From contig NIVC01002718.1 of the NCBI GenBank assembly GCA_002269645.1, positions 62,001-126,000 on the forward strand: 64,000 bases of DNA. Direction: 5' to 3'. The notes below the pieces were generated by a model. It had not been told where the DNA came from and did no database searches. It saw only the letters and a program-made list of their open reading frames with translations. Below are positions 10,279 to 22,018 of this stretch, one piece after another; position 1 is the first letter of the stretch; every line of letters begins with the position of its first letter. Made by a program: the position numbers and the translations under genes. This stretch comes from Macrostomum lignano. Taxonomy: Eukaryota.

Positions 10279-11366
10279 CTGGGTTGTGCAAAAATGTAAT
10301 GTTAGAAAAATGTTTGTTAATATGAATTAAGCGTGTTTCTCAGAACTATTTGAATCTGACGTCGCCTGAAAGATTTCTATATAAGCTCTCAATTGATACC
10401 CACTCTTGACTCAATTCACTTCCAGCTGTGTGAATTGTCTGAGAAAAGAAAACAGATTGAACTCTTAGTTTGCGCCGGAAAGAGTAATGAAGAAATCTCC
10501 AAGCTGGATGTTCAACTGTGACCGTCTAGGAAGTGAAAAAGCTGATTTCTGACGGAGAAAGCTTGGAGAGGCGTGCAGGATCTGGCCGGCCAGCAAAACT
10601 TGACCTGAATGCTGTCAAGGAGCAATTTGAGGACAATCCGACTGCCTCCATAAGCAGCGTGGCCAAGCAGAACAGCGTCAGTCTGTCAACAATGTCAAGA
10701 ACAGTGAAAAGAGCTGGTGGAGTTTCTCTGCGACCATCACTGCACCACACCACCAAGCATCCAGCAGCATCAGTCATGATGCTCGGCATTGTTGCTTCAA
10801 ATGGTGCTAAGATGCCACCAGTGTGTTTCGACCAGGGCTACAGACTGCATGGATGCAGCACGTTACAGGCAGATCCCTGATCAGGAAAGTGCTGCCCTGA
10901 TACGGAGCATCTGCCCAGATGAAAACTATACGTGTTTCAGCATGATGGGGCGCCTGCACACACGGCAAATGCTGTGCAGAACTGCATTATATTCCTGGAA
11001 ACTACTTGAAATTCAGGCCTAAAAAATTCTGGCCGCCACAGATTCCGGACACCAATCCGTTGGACTAACAGCATCTGGTGACATATCTCCAGCCAGGCCT
11101 ACACGCCACCCAAATGTGGACGCTCTGAAGGCTGCTGTTAATGCAGTGTGGACTGAGATGGACAAGGAGTACATCATCAAGGTGTGCTCCAGCTTCGGGG
11201 CCGTGTGGAGCAGGTCATCAGCGCTGAAGGCGGCTACATTGATTGAACACACTCGTTAGACATTAGGTTACATTGTGTTGTTTTAAAAAGTTATAATGCT
11301 AACGAATAAAAAGATAATTGCATTCGATGATAAACTGATTCACATTACATTTTTTGCACGACCCGG
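10279..11366 (+). mobile_element. Degenerate, internally deleted Tc1/mariner transposon (DD37D/maT-like)
   Basis: Left end TA|CTGGGTTGTGCAAAAATGTAATG and right end CATTACATTTTTTGCACGACCCGG|TA form imperfect TIRs with a TA TSD. Frameshifted transposase fragments: GSGRP, TKHPAASVMMLGIVASNG, QHDGAPAH, WPPQIPDTNPLD-like, EQVISAEGGYID. Confidence 0.85.
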
Positions 11367-11582
11367 TAGTTTTCCGTCCTGTCTGAGTAGCCTTTTCTCG
11401 TATTCTGTTAAGCTAGCTGTACATAAGATTCTAATAGCTAAAGTATTTTAAAGAATATTTTATTCATGTCTTGACTTACTCGTAGCTGCAGGGGGCGTCC
11501 GGCGTATGCAGCGAGGAGGCGGAGGAGACCGCCCATTCCGCTAGCACCTGGCGACCAATGACTTCCATTGAAGTGATGTCGC

Positions 11583-12740
11583 TCAGGGGGACCCGTCGGT
11601 CTCGCCTGCAGTGCGGTCCTCCTCACCAACGGTGGGGAAGAACTCAGCTCGTCCCGTGTCCCTGAGGTACCGGGCGAGCAGCGGGATGCTCTCGGGTTTG
11701 CAAACGTCGGAGAGAACCAGGTTTGGCCCGAGGTGAGTGAGCCTGGCCCTGGTGAAAACCTGGCAGTGGCAGATAAAATGCTCGGCGTTTTCACTGCCTG
11801 AGCGGCAGAAGGGGCACCGCTCTTCGGGTACTTGGCCCTGAAGGAAGTGGTGGCGAGAGAAGCAGCCATGCCCGGAGAGGGCCATGCTAACTGCTCTGAG
11901 GTCTCTGCGGTTGAGCCTGAGGAGGGCTCTACGCAGGAGAGGAGAAGGGCAGGGGACGGCCGCACGGGATTGCCTACAATTCCGGGTGTCGTGCCACCTG
12001 CGGAGATGCTCGGAGTCAGTCCAGCGCTTAACGCGGGAGTTGATCACCGAGGCGGGGATGGAGGCTCCCGGGCCCGGCCCCAGCAGCGCGCCGGCGGAGC
12101 CAGCCTTGGCCAGCAGGTCAGCGCGCTCGTTGCCGAGGAAACCGGCGTGGCCCGGGATCCATCTGAGCTCCACTGGTTGCCTTGCGCAAGTCCATTGAGC
12201 TGGGTGTTGCAGTCCAGGACGGACCTGGAGCTGGTGGTGCTGCGGCAGAGGGCCCGAAGGGCTGCTTGGCTGTCAGAGTGAAAAATAAATTTCCGACCGC
12301 TAAGCTGCCTTTGGCGCAGCTCTGCCGCGCAGGAGCTGATGGCAAGCACCTCGCTCTGAAAAACACTGGAGTTGAGCCCAGTGTGCTGGGAGTAGCTCCA
12401 CACCACTTCTCCCTTGAAGAATACGCAAGCTCCGAAGCCTGAAAGACCATGCCTCATAGAGCCGTCAGTGTAACAGTGGACTTCAGCATCGCTCCAGCTG
12501 TCACTCGACTCGTGTCGAGGCTGAATAGTGACCTTATACCTTTGGCTCAGGAGAAGGGTGGCTGGGATCGAGTCCGTGAGGATATTGAGCCCGCCACACT
12601 CCTCGAGAGCCTTCAGGCAGAGGTCAGAGTGCGGGATAAGCGACCGCTTCTTAAAGGCCCGCACTTTCCTGAAGGCCACCCCAGCATCCAGAAGACGCCG
12701 GGTGCTCTACGCCGTCTCTCCTTTGATATAAAAATCACAT
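11583..12740 (-). pseudogene. LINE ORF2 C-terminus: RNase H (YTDGS, SVFQSEV, SDSQAAL, WIPGH, GNERAD) plus CCHC knuckle (CPFC...AEHFICHC); one frameshift near 12173 and one stop near 12705
   Basis: Motifs read in ORFs 12044-12679 and 11583-12173. Confidence 0.85.
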
Positions 12741-12744
12741 CCTC

Positions 12745-13140
12745 TGCAATGAGCAGCTCGAACCGACGGGACGCGGCGTAGTCAATGGGGTTGACTAGCG
12801 CGTCGCAGACTACTGGGGCATCGCCTGGGAAATAGGCAGATGCTGCCAGCACAGGTTTATTGGGAATGAAGTTATTGATTTGAACAACACAGATGTCCCC
12901 AGTCGAGAGATTAGGTCTCATCCATGCCTCAAAGGCTTTAGCAGCAAAGACCAGAGACCTTGGACGAGGCTGAGTGCCCGCCATGCAAAAACAGTGGTAG
13001 CCAGATGGCACATTATTTGGCTTACCTTTAGTCATCCAGGGCTCCTGCACGACGACCAGGCCCGGAAGCTGTTGCTCTGTCGTGCGCATCAGGTTGACTG
13101 ACGCCGCCACGCAGTGCTGGGTATTGATCTGCAGACACCA
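12745..13140 (-). pseudogene. LINE ORF2 N-terminus: truncated APE endonuclease (LQINTQH, VQEPW, SAYFP, LLIAED)
   Basis: Breaks off at the LLIAxD motif and joins directly to the pre-RNase H region. Confidence 0.8.
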
Positions 13141-13154
13141 GGTAGCCGCTGGCC

Positions 13155-14582
13155 TCAGTGCAGATCGGGTGTTGCAGTCGCCAGGAGTTCCTCCTCCTCC
13201 TCGGCGCTCACCAGCTTCGGGCCGGGGTCGCCGGTGTCCATAGGCTCCTCTTCAGCAAAAGGCCCCCGATTGGTCGGAAGGCAATAGGCAGCGTTCGCCG
13301 CCCTTCGCCCACCGGCCACGGGGTCCTCCGCTTCAGACTGGCCCAATGCCCTGGAGCAGCCAGCCGCCTGGGCAGGCGGGTCCGTCTCCAGTCGGCCCTG
13401 CCCCGAGGGGTTGGGCCCAGCTGGGACGTCCCCACCCTCCCTGGACGAACTCTCGCCTCAGCTGGGTGATTTTGGCGGTACGAACTGCCTCAGCTGCGCG
13501 CTGGTTCAGGCCGCGCCGCTTGGTGCTGCGCGTCGGGCGTCGGTCACCTCCGCCCTCAGCAGCGCGTTCAGCTTTACCCGCGCGGCCGTGCTGCCGGGCG
13601 GGGCGGTTTGCTTTGGCAGCCGGAGCAGAAGCTCCCGCCTCTGCCCCGGCCGCCTCCGCATCCCGCCCGCCCTGCTCACTGCCACGGGGAGGGTCGGCCT
13701 CATAGGAGCGGATGCGCAGCTTCCAAAGGCCGACGTTGACGAAGCTGCCGTGTGGATAGCGCCTCATCCAGGCGTCCGATAGCCCCAGGATGGCTGTGAA
13801 GCCAGTGCCGTCGGTGCGCTTAAGGGTGTCATGCACCACTAGGCCCGCGGCGGGAAGCTCTCGGTTGACTGCTAGCAGTCCTTTCCGGAGCTCGTCAGCA
13901 GAGGTAACGACGCTCCTGGCCGGAACCCAGATTCGATGCCTCTTGGTCCGGGGGTGCTCGTCCTCTCTGCAGAAGGCTAAATTGAGGTCCCAGCTCTGCT
14001 CGGGCAGCAGCTCAAGGAGCCGCCGACCCGAGTCAGCATCACTGGGCCAAATGAGAAGGCACGAGTCCCTCGTCGCATTCGAATGAATGTTCAGAGGCGT
14101 GCCCTTCAGAGTTTGCTTCCACAGGAGGCCATCAACGGTACCTCTCACCTGCTTCAGCTGGTCGGGGGACAGGCGCGCGTCCTTCCCCAGAATGACAACC
14201 GCCGGTTGCCTCTTTGCCGCATCAGCGTAGGAGGCCCGGGGTCGGTGGAGCCTTCTTCAAGTGGGCTGTCCACCCTCCCGGCTGCATCGGCCTCCCTATC
14301 CTGGGCAGGGACTTCAGTGGGCTCGAGGCCCTCTTCCGCCACCGCCCCAGATTGGGAAGCTTCCACTGCCGCGGGCCGTTGGCCCCTGGCGCCGGTTAGG
14401 CTTCCGCCCTCCTTGGCCCGCCTCGCCTTGTTAAGTCGACGGCGGGCAGCTCCAGAGGTGGTGCTCAGCTGCTTGGCAGCTGGAGTAGCCGGTGTCTTGT
14501 TGGAGGCACCGCTCAAAGTTGGCTCTACGGGTCTCGCCGAGGCGTCCCCGATGGTAGCAGGTGGTATGGCCGCGGAGTCCAC
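13155..14582 (-). pseudogene. LINE ORF1 (gag-like, DUF4780-like), split by frameshifts
   Basis: Three consecutive ORF pieces (14154-14582, 13333-14148, 13155-13346), with an SGAARRRL motif and an acidic EEEEELL tail of the kind seen in LOA/R1 ORF1. Confidence 0.65.
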
Positions 14583-15739
14583 GGCCCCGCCGAGGCCGGA
14601 GGCACTGTGTCATCCACAGCCGGTTGCAGAAGCCGGTTGCTAGAAGCCATTGGCTGGAAGTAAAAAGATGGAACTTTCTGCAGAACACAGGCAAAGAGCC
14701 GCAAGGTCGCAACCCCAAACCAAGCGGCAGGCCCCCAAAAAGCAAAATACCACCCTGCGGGGGGACCCAAAAGCGCAAGGGGAACCGTTAGCGACCAGAC
14801 TACTCCCTGGCCAAGCGTCCATCAGCACGGAGTTACTCTGGGACATTAGAGGGTGCGTTTATATGGTCACACCAGGACCCGGCACCAACGAATCAGCTCT
14901 GCAAGGCCCAGGAAGGCCTGCCTTAACACCCACGGGACGAGTACCCTTCGAAGTGCGCCTTGCAAGGTGAAAATCAGGAGACAGAGTCTCTTGAGCTATC
15001 AGCCCGCCAGGGGAGGTAGGTGTGAGCATCGCTGGCCGTGATAGAGGCCATACCAGTCTCATACTGCACAGATAGTTCACCACGCCATTGCGTGCAGGAC
15101 CCGGAGTCCTGTGGGCAACAGCCTCGGCTTTTATTCATGTCGGATGTTAAATCCTAATAACTACAACTAGCTAAAGCTATTGAAAATAAAATATATTTAA
15201 CAATTTTGTGAAATTTTTTGCTTTTACAAACATTTAACAGCAGTGACAAAACAAGCATTTGTTTTTTTGCTCATATTTGCCACATATTTAACTGCTGTTT
15301 GACTGAAAGATTCCTAGAATAGAAGTGAGCGTTATCAAATTTAGGACTAGCTAGTACAAGTAGCGATAATATAATCAACAGTATAGCCCTGCACCTTAAT
15401 TATTAGTCATTTTAATAGAATCCTGTTTGCTTAGGCCGAAACATTTTGTTTCATGCAAAAGCATCAGGGGTCTCCATGGGTCCACCATTGTTATTGTATA
15501 TAATTGTTCCATACCTACTACTACTACTTTAGCTACTAGTAGTGGTAGTACTAGTACTAGGCTATAATATTGGGACCCAGCAGCCTACCACAGGCCACAG
15601 CTGCAGCTGGACAGCATAGCTTATCTAAGAAAATTATTTTGGCCATTTTACAAATATAGGCCCCTAGCCTAATGTACCAGTATATGAATAAAAGAATGAA
15701 ACATGCCTATCATGGCCATGAATGGATTGTAGTCTTCAT

Positions 15740-16010
15740 CAGTGGCAGATTTAGGGAAGAGGCGCACAGCACAGGGCACATGCCCCCATTGAATTAGAAT
15801 TTTTCTATGTATACAATAATGTATTTTTTATTAAAAAAGAAAAATTCTAATTCAATGGGGGCATGTGCCCTGTGCTCATACAATATCCCTACAACAATGT
15901 ATGCAATAATGTATTTTTTATTAAAAAAAGAAAAATTCTAATTTAATGGGGGCATATATATATGTACTTTAATAATCTGTGTTTCCCATTTAAAATTTTC
16001 TGGATCTATA
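15740..16010. mobile_element. MITE-like element with an internal 37-bp inverted repeat (15768-15876)
   Basis: CAGTGGCAGATTTAGGG start; AGCACAGGGCACATGCCCCCATTGAATTAGAATTTTT is mirrored perfectly; partial duplication of the right arm at 15891-15955. Confidence 0.5.
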
Positions 16011-16125
16011 TCTAGATTTCATATTAATTTCAAATCTCAAGCAAAGACCAGCAATCCTCTAGTTTTGTATGTTTAATTATTTTATGAAAAATAATGATAT
16101 TCTTAGCTATCATACATGCGCAATA

Positions 16126-16382
16126 GTTGGCCAAGTCGGCAAATCCGGCTGACCAATTTGGCAGCCAATCAAAGAAGTTGCAAAAATGCCCACCCAAAAA
16201 AATACCAAAGTAATAGTACTAAGTAGCTGACGAGGCATTTTTACTTAATAAGTAAACTCCTAGTTACTCCTCCCATTTACCCAAAGTTGCATTAATTTTG
16301 CTTTTGGTTTTTTTACATGTAAATTGCATTTTTGGCCAAAAACTACGTCGCATTTTTGTTAAAACTAAGTCACATGGCCAAC
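16126..16382. mobile_element. Possible short MITE with 11-bp imperfect TIRs (GTTGGCCAAGT / ACATGGCCAAC)
   Basis: Short inverted match only; no clear TSD. Confidence 0.25.
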
Positions 16383-16839
16383 CAAATTTTTGTTAGTTAT
16401 TGCAAGTTAAAATTTCTATCAATACTAATAGATATAGTCTAAACCTATTGTTATTATGCTAGGCTTAATTGACTAGGTTTTTTGGCTTGGCTATTTATTA
16501 GTATTAGTTATTAATTAATTAATTAATTAAAAGTTCTAATAAAATAGGTTAGCCTAGCTATAGTGCATTGAAAATTAAAAATGTCTTATTGATATATTAG
16601 GTTTTATCTAGATAATCTTAGTTGTAAAAAAATGTATTTTAAGTTTACTATTATTTATAGTAACTCTCCCTTTTATCCCTTTTATCCCTTTCTTCTCTCC
16701 CCTTTATCCCTTTCTACTCTCCCTTTATCCCTTTCTACTCTCAATTGAGATATCTCTACTTCTTGTCTTCTCATGCCATATTGGAGCAGTTGCTCACAAC
16801 AGCAGGCTCAGTGCAGCTGAGCAAGCTAGTCTCAGCGGG

Positions 16840-18650
16840 ATGTGCAGCAGAGAGGATGAGCCTCTGCGCATAGCCGGCAACCTGTGCCAACTGTGCTCAT
16901 TGGGCCTGCTCTGCTCCAGCCTGCGGCGATGCCCCGGCGCTCGCTCGGCCTTGGGACTGTCGGTTAATTCGCAGATTTTGCTGGCAGCGGCGCTGACTGC
17001 CCGCAGCAGTTGCTGCTGCTGCCACGGATGGCCAGCAGATGCTGCGGTAGTGGCGGCCAGTGCAGTGGAACTGCTGACTGTGATGCTCGTGTGGATGGTC
17101 GCTCTTCAGGTTGGTAGCGGAAATTAGCAATTAGAAAACGGTGTTTTTCGGTGAAAACGACTGACTGACTGACTGACTGACTGACTGACTGACTGACTGA
17201 CTGACTGACTGACTGACTGACTGACTGACTGACTGACTGACTGACTGACTGACTGACTGACTGACTGACTGACTGACTGACTGACTGACTGACTGACTGA
17301 CTGACTGACTGACTGACTGACTGACTGACTGACTGACTGACTGACTGACTGACTGACTGACTGACTGACTGACTGACTGACTGACTGACTGACTGACTGA
17401 CTGACTGACTGACTGACTGACTGACTGACTGACTGACTGACTGACTGACTGACTGACTGACTGACTGACTGACTGACTGACTGACTGACTGACTGACTGA
17501 CTGACTGACTGACTGACTGACTGACTGACTGACTGACTGACTGACTGACTGACTGACTGACTGACTGACTGACTGACTGACTGACTGACTGACTGACTGA
17601 CTGACTGACTGACTGACTGACTGACTGACTGACTGACTGACTGACTGACTGACTGACTGACTGACTGACTGACTGACTGACTGACTGACTGACTGACTGA
17701 CTGACTGACTGACTGACTGACTGACTGACTGACTGACTGACTGACTGACTGACTGACTGACTGACTGACTGACTGACTGACTGACTGACTGACTGACTGA
17801 CTGACTGACTGACTGACTGACTGACTGACTGACTGACTGACTGACTGACTGACTGACTGACTGACTGACTGACTGACTGACTGACTGACTGACTGACTGA
17901 CTGACTGACTGACTGACTGACTGACTGACTGACTGACTGACTGACTGACTGACTGACTGACTGACTGACTGACTGACTGACTGACTGACTGACTGACTGA
18001 CTGACTGACTGACTGACTGACTGACTGACTGACTGACTGACTGACTGACTGACTGACTGACTGACTGACTGACTGACTGACTGACTGACTGACTGACTGA
18101 CTGACTGACTGACTACCTACGTACTGTACTCAACCGATCTCTCCAGGTGATCTCCCAGCAGCGCGCCATCGCGGCTGCCTCCGGCCCGCTGCTGTTGAGG
18201 CAGTTCGCCTCGGCCCTCCTAGCCGTACCGTCGGCCGGCCTGGCCGCGTTGGCCTGTCGCGAGTTCACCCCGGCTGAGCTGTTGCGCTCCTTCGGCGTCT
18301 ACCTTGAATCGCTGGCGCTGCTGCCGCAGCTGTTCCTCTACTCTGCCCAGACTGAGGACTCTGAAGCTGCGGCCTCCAGTTCGCGTCTGCTCAGCGTGCT
18401 CAGGCCGCGCTACCTGCTGGCTTTGCTGGCTTACCGCGCCTGTCACGGTGCGCACTCGCTGATGGAGCTGCGCCGGCTGTTCGGCGGATCCCCCCACAGC
18501 GCGCCAATCGGCATCGCCCTGCCAGACAGTCTGGAGGCTGCGGCCGGCTGCTTGCAGACCCTGCTGCTGCTGGACTTTTGCCGGGTTTATTATCGGGCTG
18601 ATAGGCGGGTGAGGGCGGCTGCCGCTGCCTCGCATCGAAGCTGCGCGTAG
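16840..18650 (+). CDS. KDELR: Divergent ER lumen protein-retaining (KDEL/ERD2) receptor-like protein, about 257 aa; exons 16840-17109 and 18147-18650
   Basis: LRIAGNL, GLSVNSQILL..LTAR, FTPAELL..FGVYLESLALLPQLF, YRA and QTLLLLDF align with KDELR motifs. Phase-0 CAG|GT donor and CCAG| acceptor. Confidence 0.85.
17159..18114. repeat. Perfect (GACT)n microsatellite, about 239 units, filling the KDELR-like intron
   Basis: Directly visible. Confidence 0.98.
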
Positions 18651-19040
18651 TGGGATTTGAGATGATTGGGATATGGGATTGAGAGGGGGATGTGGGATTT
18701 GAGAGTGGGATATGGGATTTGATAGTATGATGTGGGATATGAGAGTGGGATATGGGATTTGAGAGTGGGATATGGGATTTATGATTGGGATATGGGATTT
18801 ATAATTGAGATATGGGATTTGATAGTGGGATGTGGGATTTGAGAGTGGGATGTGGGATTTGAGAGTGGGATATGGGATTTGAGATTGAGATTTGGTATTG
18901 GGATAATGGGATTTGAGAGTGGGATGTGGGATTTGAGAGTGGGATGTGGGATTTGAGAGTGGGATATGGGATTTGAGATTGAGATTTGGTATTGGGATAA
19001 TGGGATTTGAGAGTGGGATATGGGATTTAAGATTGGGATA
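18651..19040. repeat. About 20-bp minisatellite GGGAT(A/G)TGGGATTTGAGAGT starting right after the KDELR-like stop codon
   Basis: Directly visible. Confidence 0.85.
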
Positions 19041-19664
19041 TGGAATTGTAGAGTGGGATATGCGATTTCAAATTGGAATATGAAATCCATGTTTTTGTGT
19101 ATGATTAATTTCTGAAGATTAATATCTGGTTCAATCTGTGATTATATTAGAATATGTTAGTTAGGTCTTGTGCTTTAAGATCTTCATGCAAGATTAAAGC
19201 AAAATCAAGGCATTTGTATATTTGATGTCTATTTAACTTTCTTTTTATTGCCACTATATAGTGTAAGGCTGTTTAATGTATTTTCATGTTCCATTTTGCT
19301 AGGTTGAAATCATCTGAATAAATCAGTTTTTTGTTTATCTTTTAACTATCGTACTTATAGCTGTGGATTTCAATATTCTTTTTCGATTTATTGCCAGCGA
19401 ATCTCTTAATTTGCTTTTTTGATTAATGTTTTTGTCTCTAGCACAGAGAAATTCGCAGAGCGTCATCATTCGTTTAACTGATTGATCCTTTTATTAGTAT
19501 TCGAGTTTGTTGTTGCTTTCTATGAATATTATTATTACAGTTATCAAACTAAGACGCTTTCTAACGTTTTTGTTCTTTCTGTATTTGATATTTTTAAATT
19601 TGGTCGTGTGTGTAGTCATAGGCTGAGAAAAGTGAGATGGTCTAATGAAAATTGCATAAAGAAA

Positions 19665-20185
19665 ATGGCATCTTAAACTGGCATAAGAAAAATGGCATCT
19701 TAAACTGGCATAAGGAAAATGGCATCTTAAACTGGCATAAGGAAAATGGCATCTTGAATCTGGCATAAGGAAAATGGCATCTTAAACTGACATAAGGAAA
19801 ATGGCATCTTAAACTGGCATAAGGAAAATGGCATCTTAAACTGACATAAGGAAAATGGCATCTTAAACTGACATAAGGAAAATGGCATCTTAAACTGGCA
19901 TAAGGAAAATGGCATCTTAAACTGACATAAGGAAAATGGCATCTTAAACTGACATAAGGAAAATGGCATCTTGAATCTGGCATAAGGAAAATGGCATCTT
20001 AAACTGGCATAAGGAAAATGGCATCTTGAATCTGGCATAAGGAAAATGGAATCTTGAATCTGGCATAAGGAAAATGGCATCTTAAACTCTCATAACGAAA
20101 ATGGCATTTTAAACTGGCGCAAGGAAAATGGCATCTTAAACTGGCATAAGAAAAACTGGCACAAGAAAATTGCATCTTAAAACTG
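19665..20185. repeat. 27/28-bp minisatellite GGAAAATGGCATCTTAAACTGGCATAA
   Basis: About 18 copies. Confidence 0.9.
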
Positions 20186-20265
20186 GCATAGTGGGAATGG
20201 CTTCTCAAGTGTAGCACAATGCCAATGTTATTATTTTTATTCAACTCCGCATTACAGACAGCCCT

Positions 20266-21083
20266 ATGGAACTCGCTGGTAAAGATTTCGAATGCGGCAT
20301 CTGCTTAGAAGAGCTGCGCGACCCCGAGCCCTGCCGTGCCTGCACACCTACTGCCTGGCCTGCCTGCAGCAGATGCTGCTGTCTGACGGCACCAAGTCCG
20401 GCTCGCTGCGCTGCCCCAGCTGTCGGGTGCTGCACCCGGCCTGCCAGCCTGCCAGGCTGCCCAAGAATTTTCACCTGCTGCATTTCATGAGCCAACGGCG
20501 GCAGAGCGCCGCTGACACCGAATTCGGCGCCGGCGAAGCTGCCGCTACTGCCGATATCCGTCGCCGCCTGCTGACCCTGTGCGCCGACTGCTGCGAGCAG
20601 CTGGCCGCCGGGGACGACGCCGAGCGGGCCTGCCAGGCGATGCGGCGTCGACTGTTCGATTTGGTCGAACGTCGGACCGGCGCCCTGTTAGAGGAGGTTG
20701 CGGCGAGGCGCGAGCTGCTCACGGAGAGGAAGAAACTGGCCGAGGAGCTGGCTAGGCGAGCTGCGGAGCTGGAGGACCGAGCGGGCTCGAGTTCGAGTGC
20801 GGATTATCGCCGATTGCGCTCGGATTTGGCCAGAACGGCCGAGTCGCTTCAGCTGCCGTTCGTGTTTAACGGAGTCGTCGGTAGCGGCGGCGCCGGCGGC
20901 GGCGGTGGCGGAAGTGCGCTGGCCTCCAACAGGCTAGACGTGGCTCGGACAGTGGACGCAGTGTCCGGCATTCTGGACAGTGTCCGGCTGTGCACCCCAC
21001 TGGCGCCGCTGCCCGCGTCGGCTCTGGACGCCGCCTTCTCGTTGCCAGAGCAGCGGCCGGGAGGGGCCGGACAGCAGAAATGA
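20266..21083 (+). CDS. RING-HC (C3HC4) zinc-finger, TRIM-like protein with coiled coil; 1-nt frameshift in a C-run at about 20312-20315 (pseudogene or sequencing error)
   Basis: CGIC in frame 20266 continues as PCLHTYCLAC...CPSC in frame 20292. One extra C in GACCCCGA restores DPRALPC. Confidence 0.75.
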
Positions 21084-22018
21084 TGGTGGACACTGCAGAG
21101 ATGGTAGTGGACACTGCAGAGATGGTAGTGGACACTGCAGAGATGGTAGTGGACACTGCAGAGATGGCAGTGGACACTGCAGAGATGGCAGTGGACACTG
21201 CAGAGATGGCAGTGGACACTGCAGAGATGGCAGTGGACACTGCAGAGATGGTAGTGGACACTGCAGAGATGGTAGTGGACACTGCAGAGATGGCAGTGGA
21301 CACTGCAGAGATGGTAGTGGACACTGCAGAGATGGTAGTGGACACTGCAGAGATGGTAGTGGACACTGCAGAGATGGTAGTGGACACTGCAGAGATGGCA
21401 GTGGACACTGCAGAGATGGCAGTGGACACTGCAGAGATGGCAGTGGACACTGCAGAGATGGTAGTGGACACTGCAGAGATGGTAGTGGACACTGCAGAGA
21501 TGGTAGTGGACACTGCAGAGATGGTAGTGGACACTGCAGAGATGGCAGTGGACACTGCAGAGATGGTAGTGGACACTGCAGAGATGGTAGTGGACACTGC
21601 AGAGATGGTAGTGGACACTGCAGAGATGGTAGTGGACACTGCAGAGATGGTAGTGGACACTGCAGAGATGGTAGTGGACACTGCAGAGATGGTAGTGGAC
21701 ACTGCAGAGATGGTAGTGGACACTGCAGAGATGGTAGTGGACACTGCAGAGATGGTAGTGGACACTGCAGAGATGGTAGTGGACACTGCAGAGATGGTAG
21801 TGGACACTGCAGAGATGGTAGTGGACACTGCAGAGATGGTAGTGGACACTGCAGAGATGGTAGTGGACACTGCAGAGATGGTAGTGGACACTGCAGAGAT
21901 GGTAGTGGACACTGCAGAGATGGTAGTGGACACTGCAGAGATGGCAGTGGACACTGCAGAGATGGTAGTGGACACTGCAGAGATGGTAGTGGACACTGCA
22001 GAGATGGCAGTGGACACT
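21081..22018. repeat. 21-bp minisatellite GATGG(T/C)AGTGGACACTGCAGA, about 45 copies
   Basis: Directly visible; begins at the RING gene stop codon. Confidence 0.97.

Larger units (their letters stand above)
11471..15128 (-). mobile_element. Non-LTR retrotransposon (LOA/R1-like, I group), 3658 bp, lacking the RT domain
   Basis: 13-bp TSD TTTTATTCATGTC at 11458-11470 and 15129-15141. Contains an ORF1, the N-half of an APE endonuclease, RNase H and a C-terminal CCHC knuckle. Confidence 0.9.

Noticed and set aside
14940-15128. Definite HDV-like or hammerhead ribozyme in the LINE leader
   Set aside because: CUGAUAG does not fit CUGANGA...GAAA, and no P1/P3/P1.1 arrangement could be fitted by eye. 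Kept only as a test to run.
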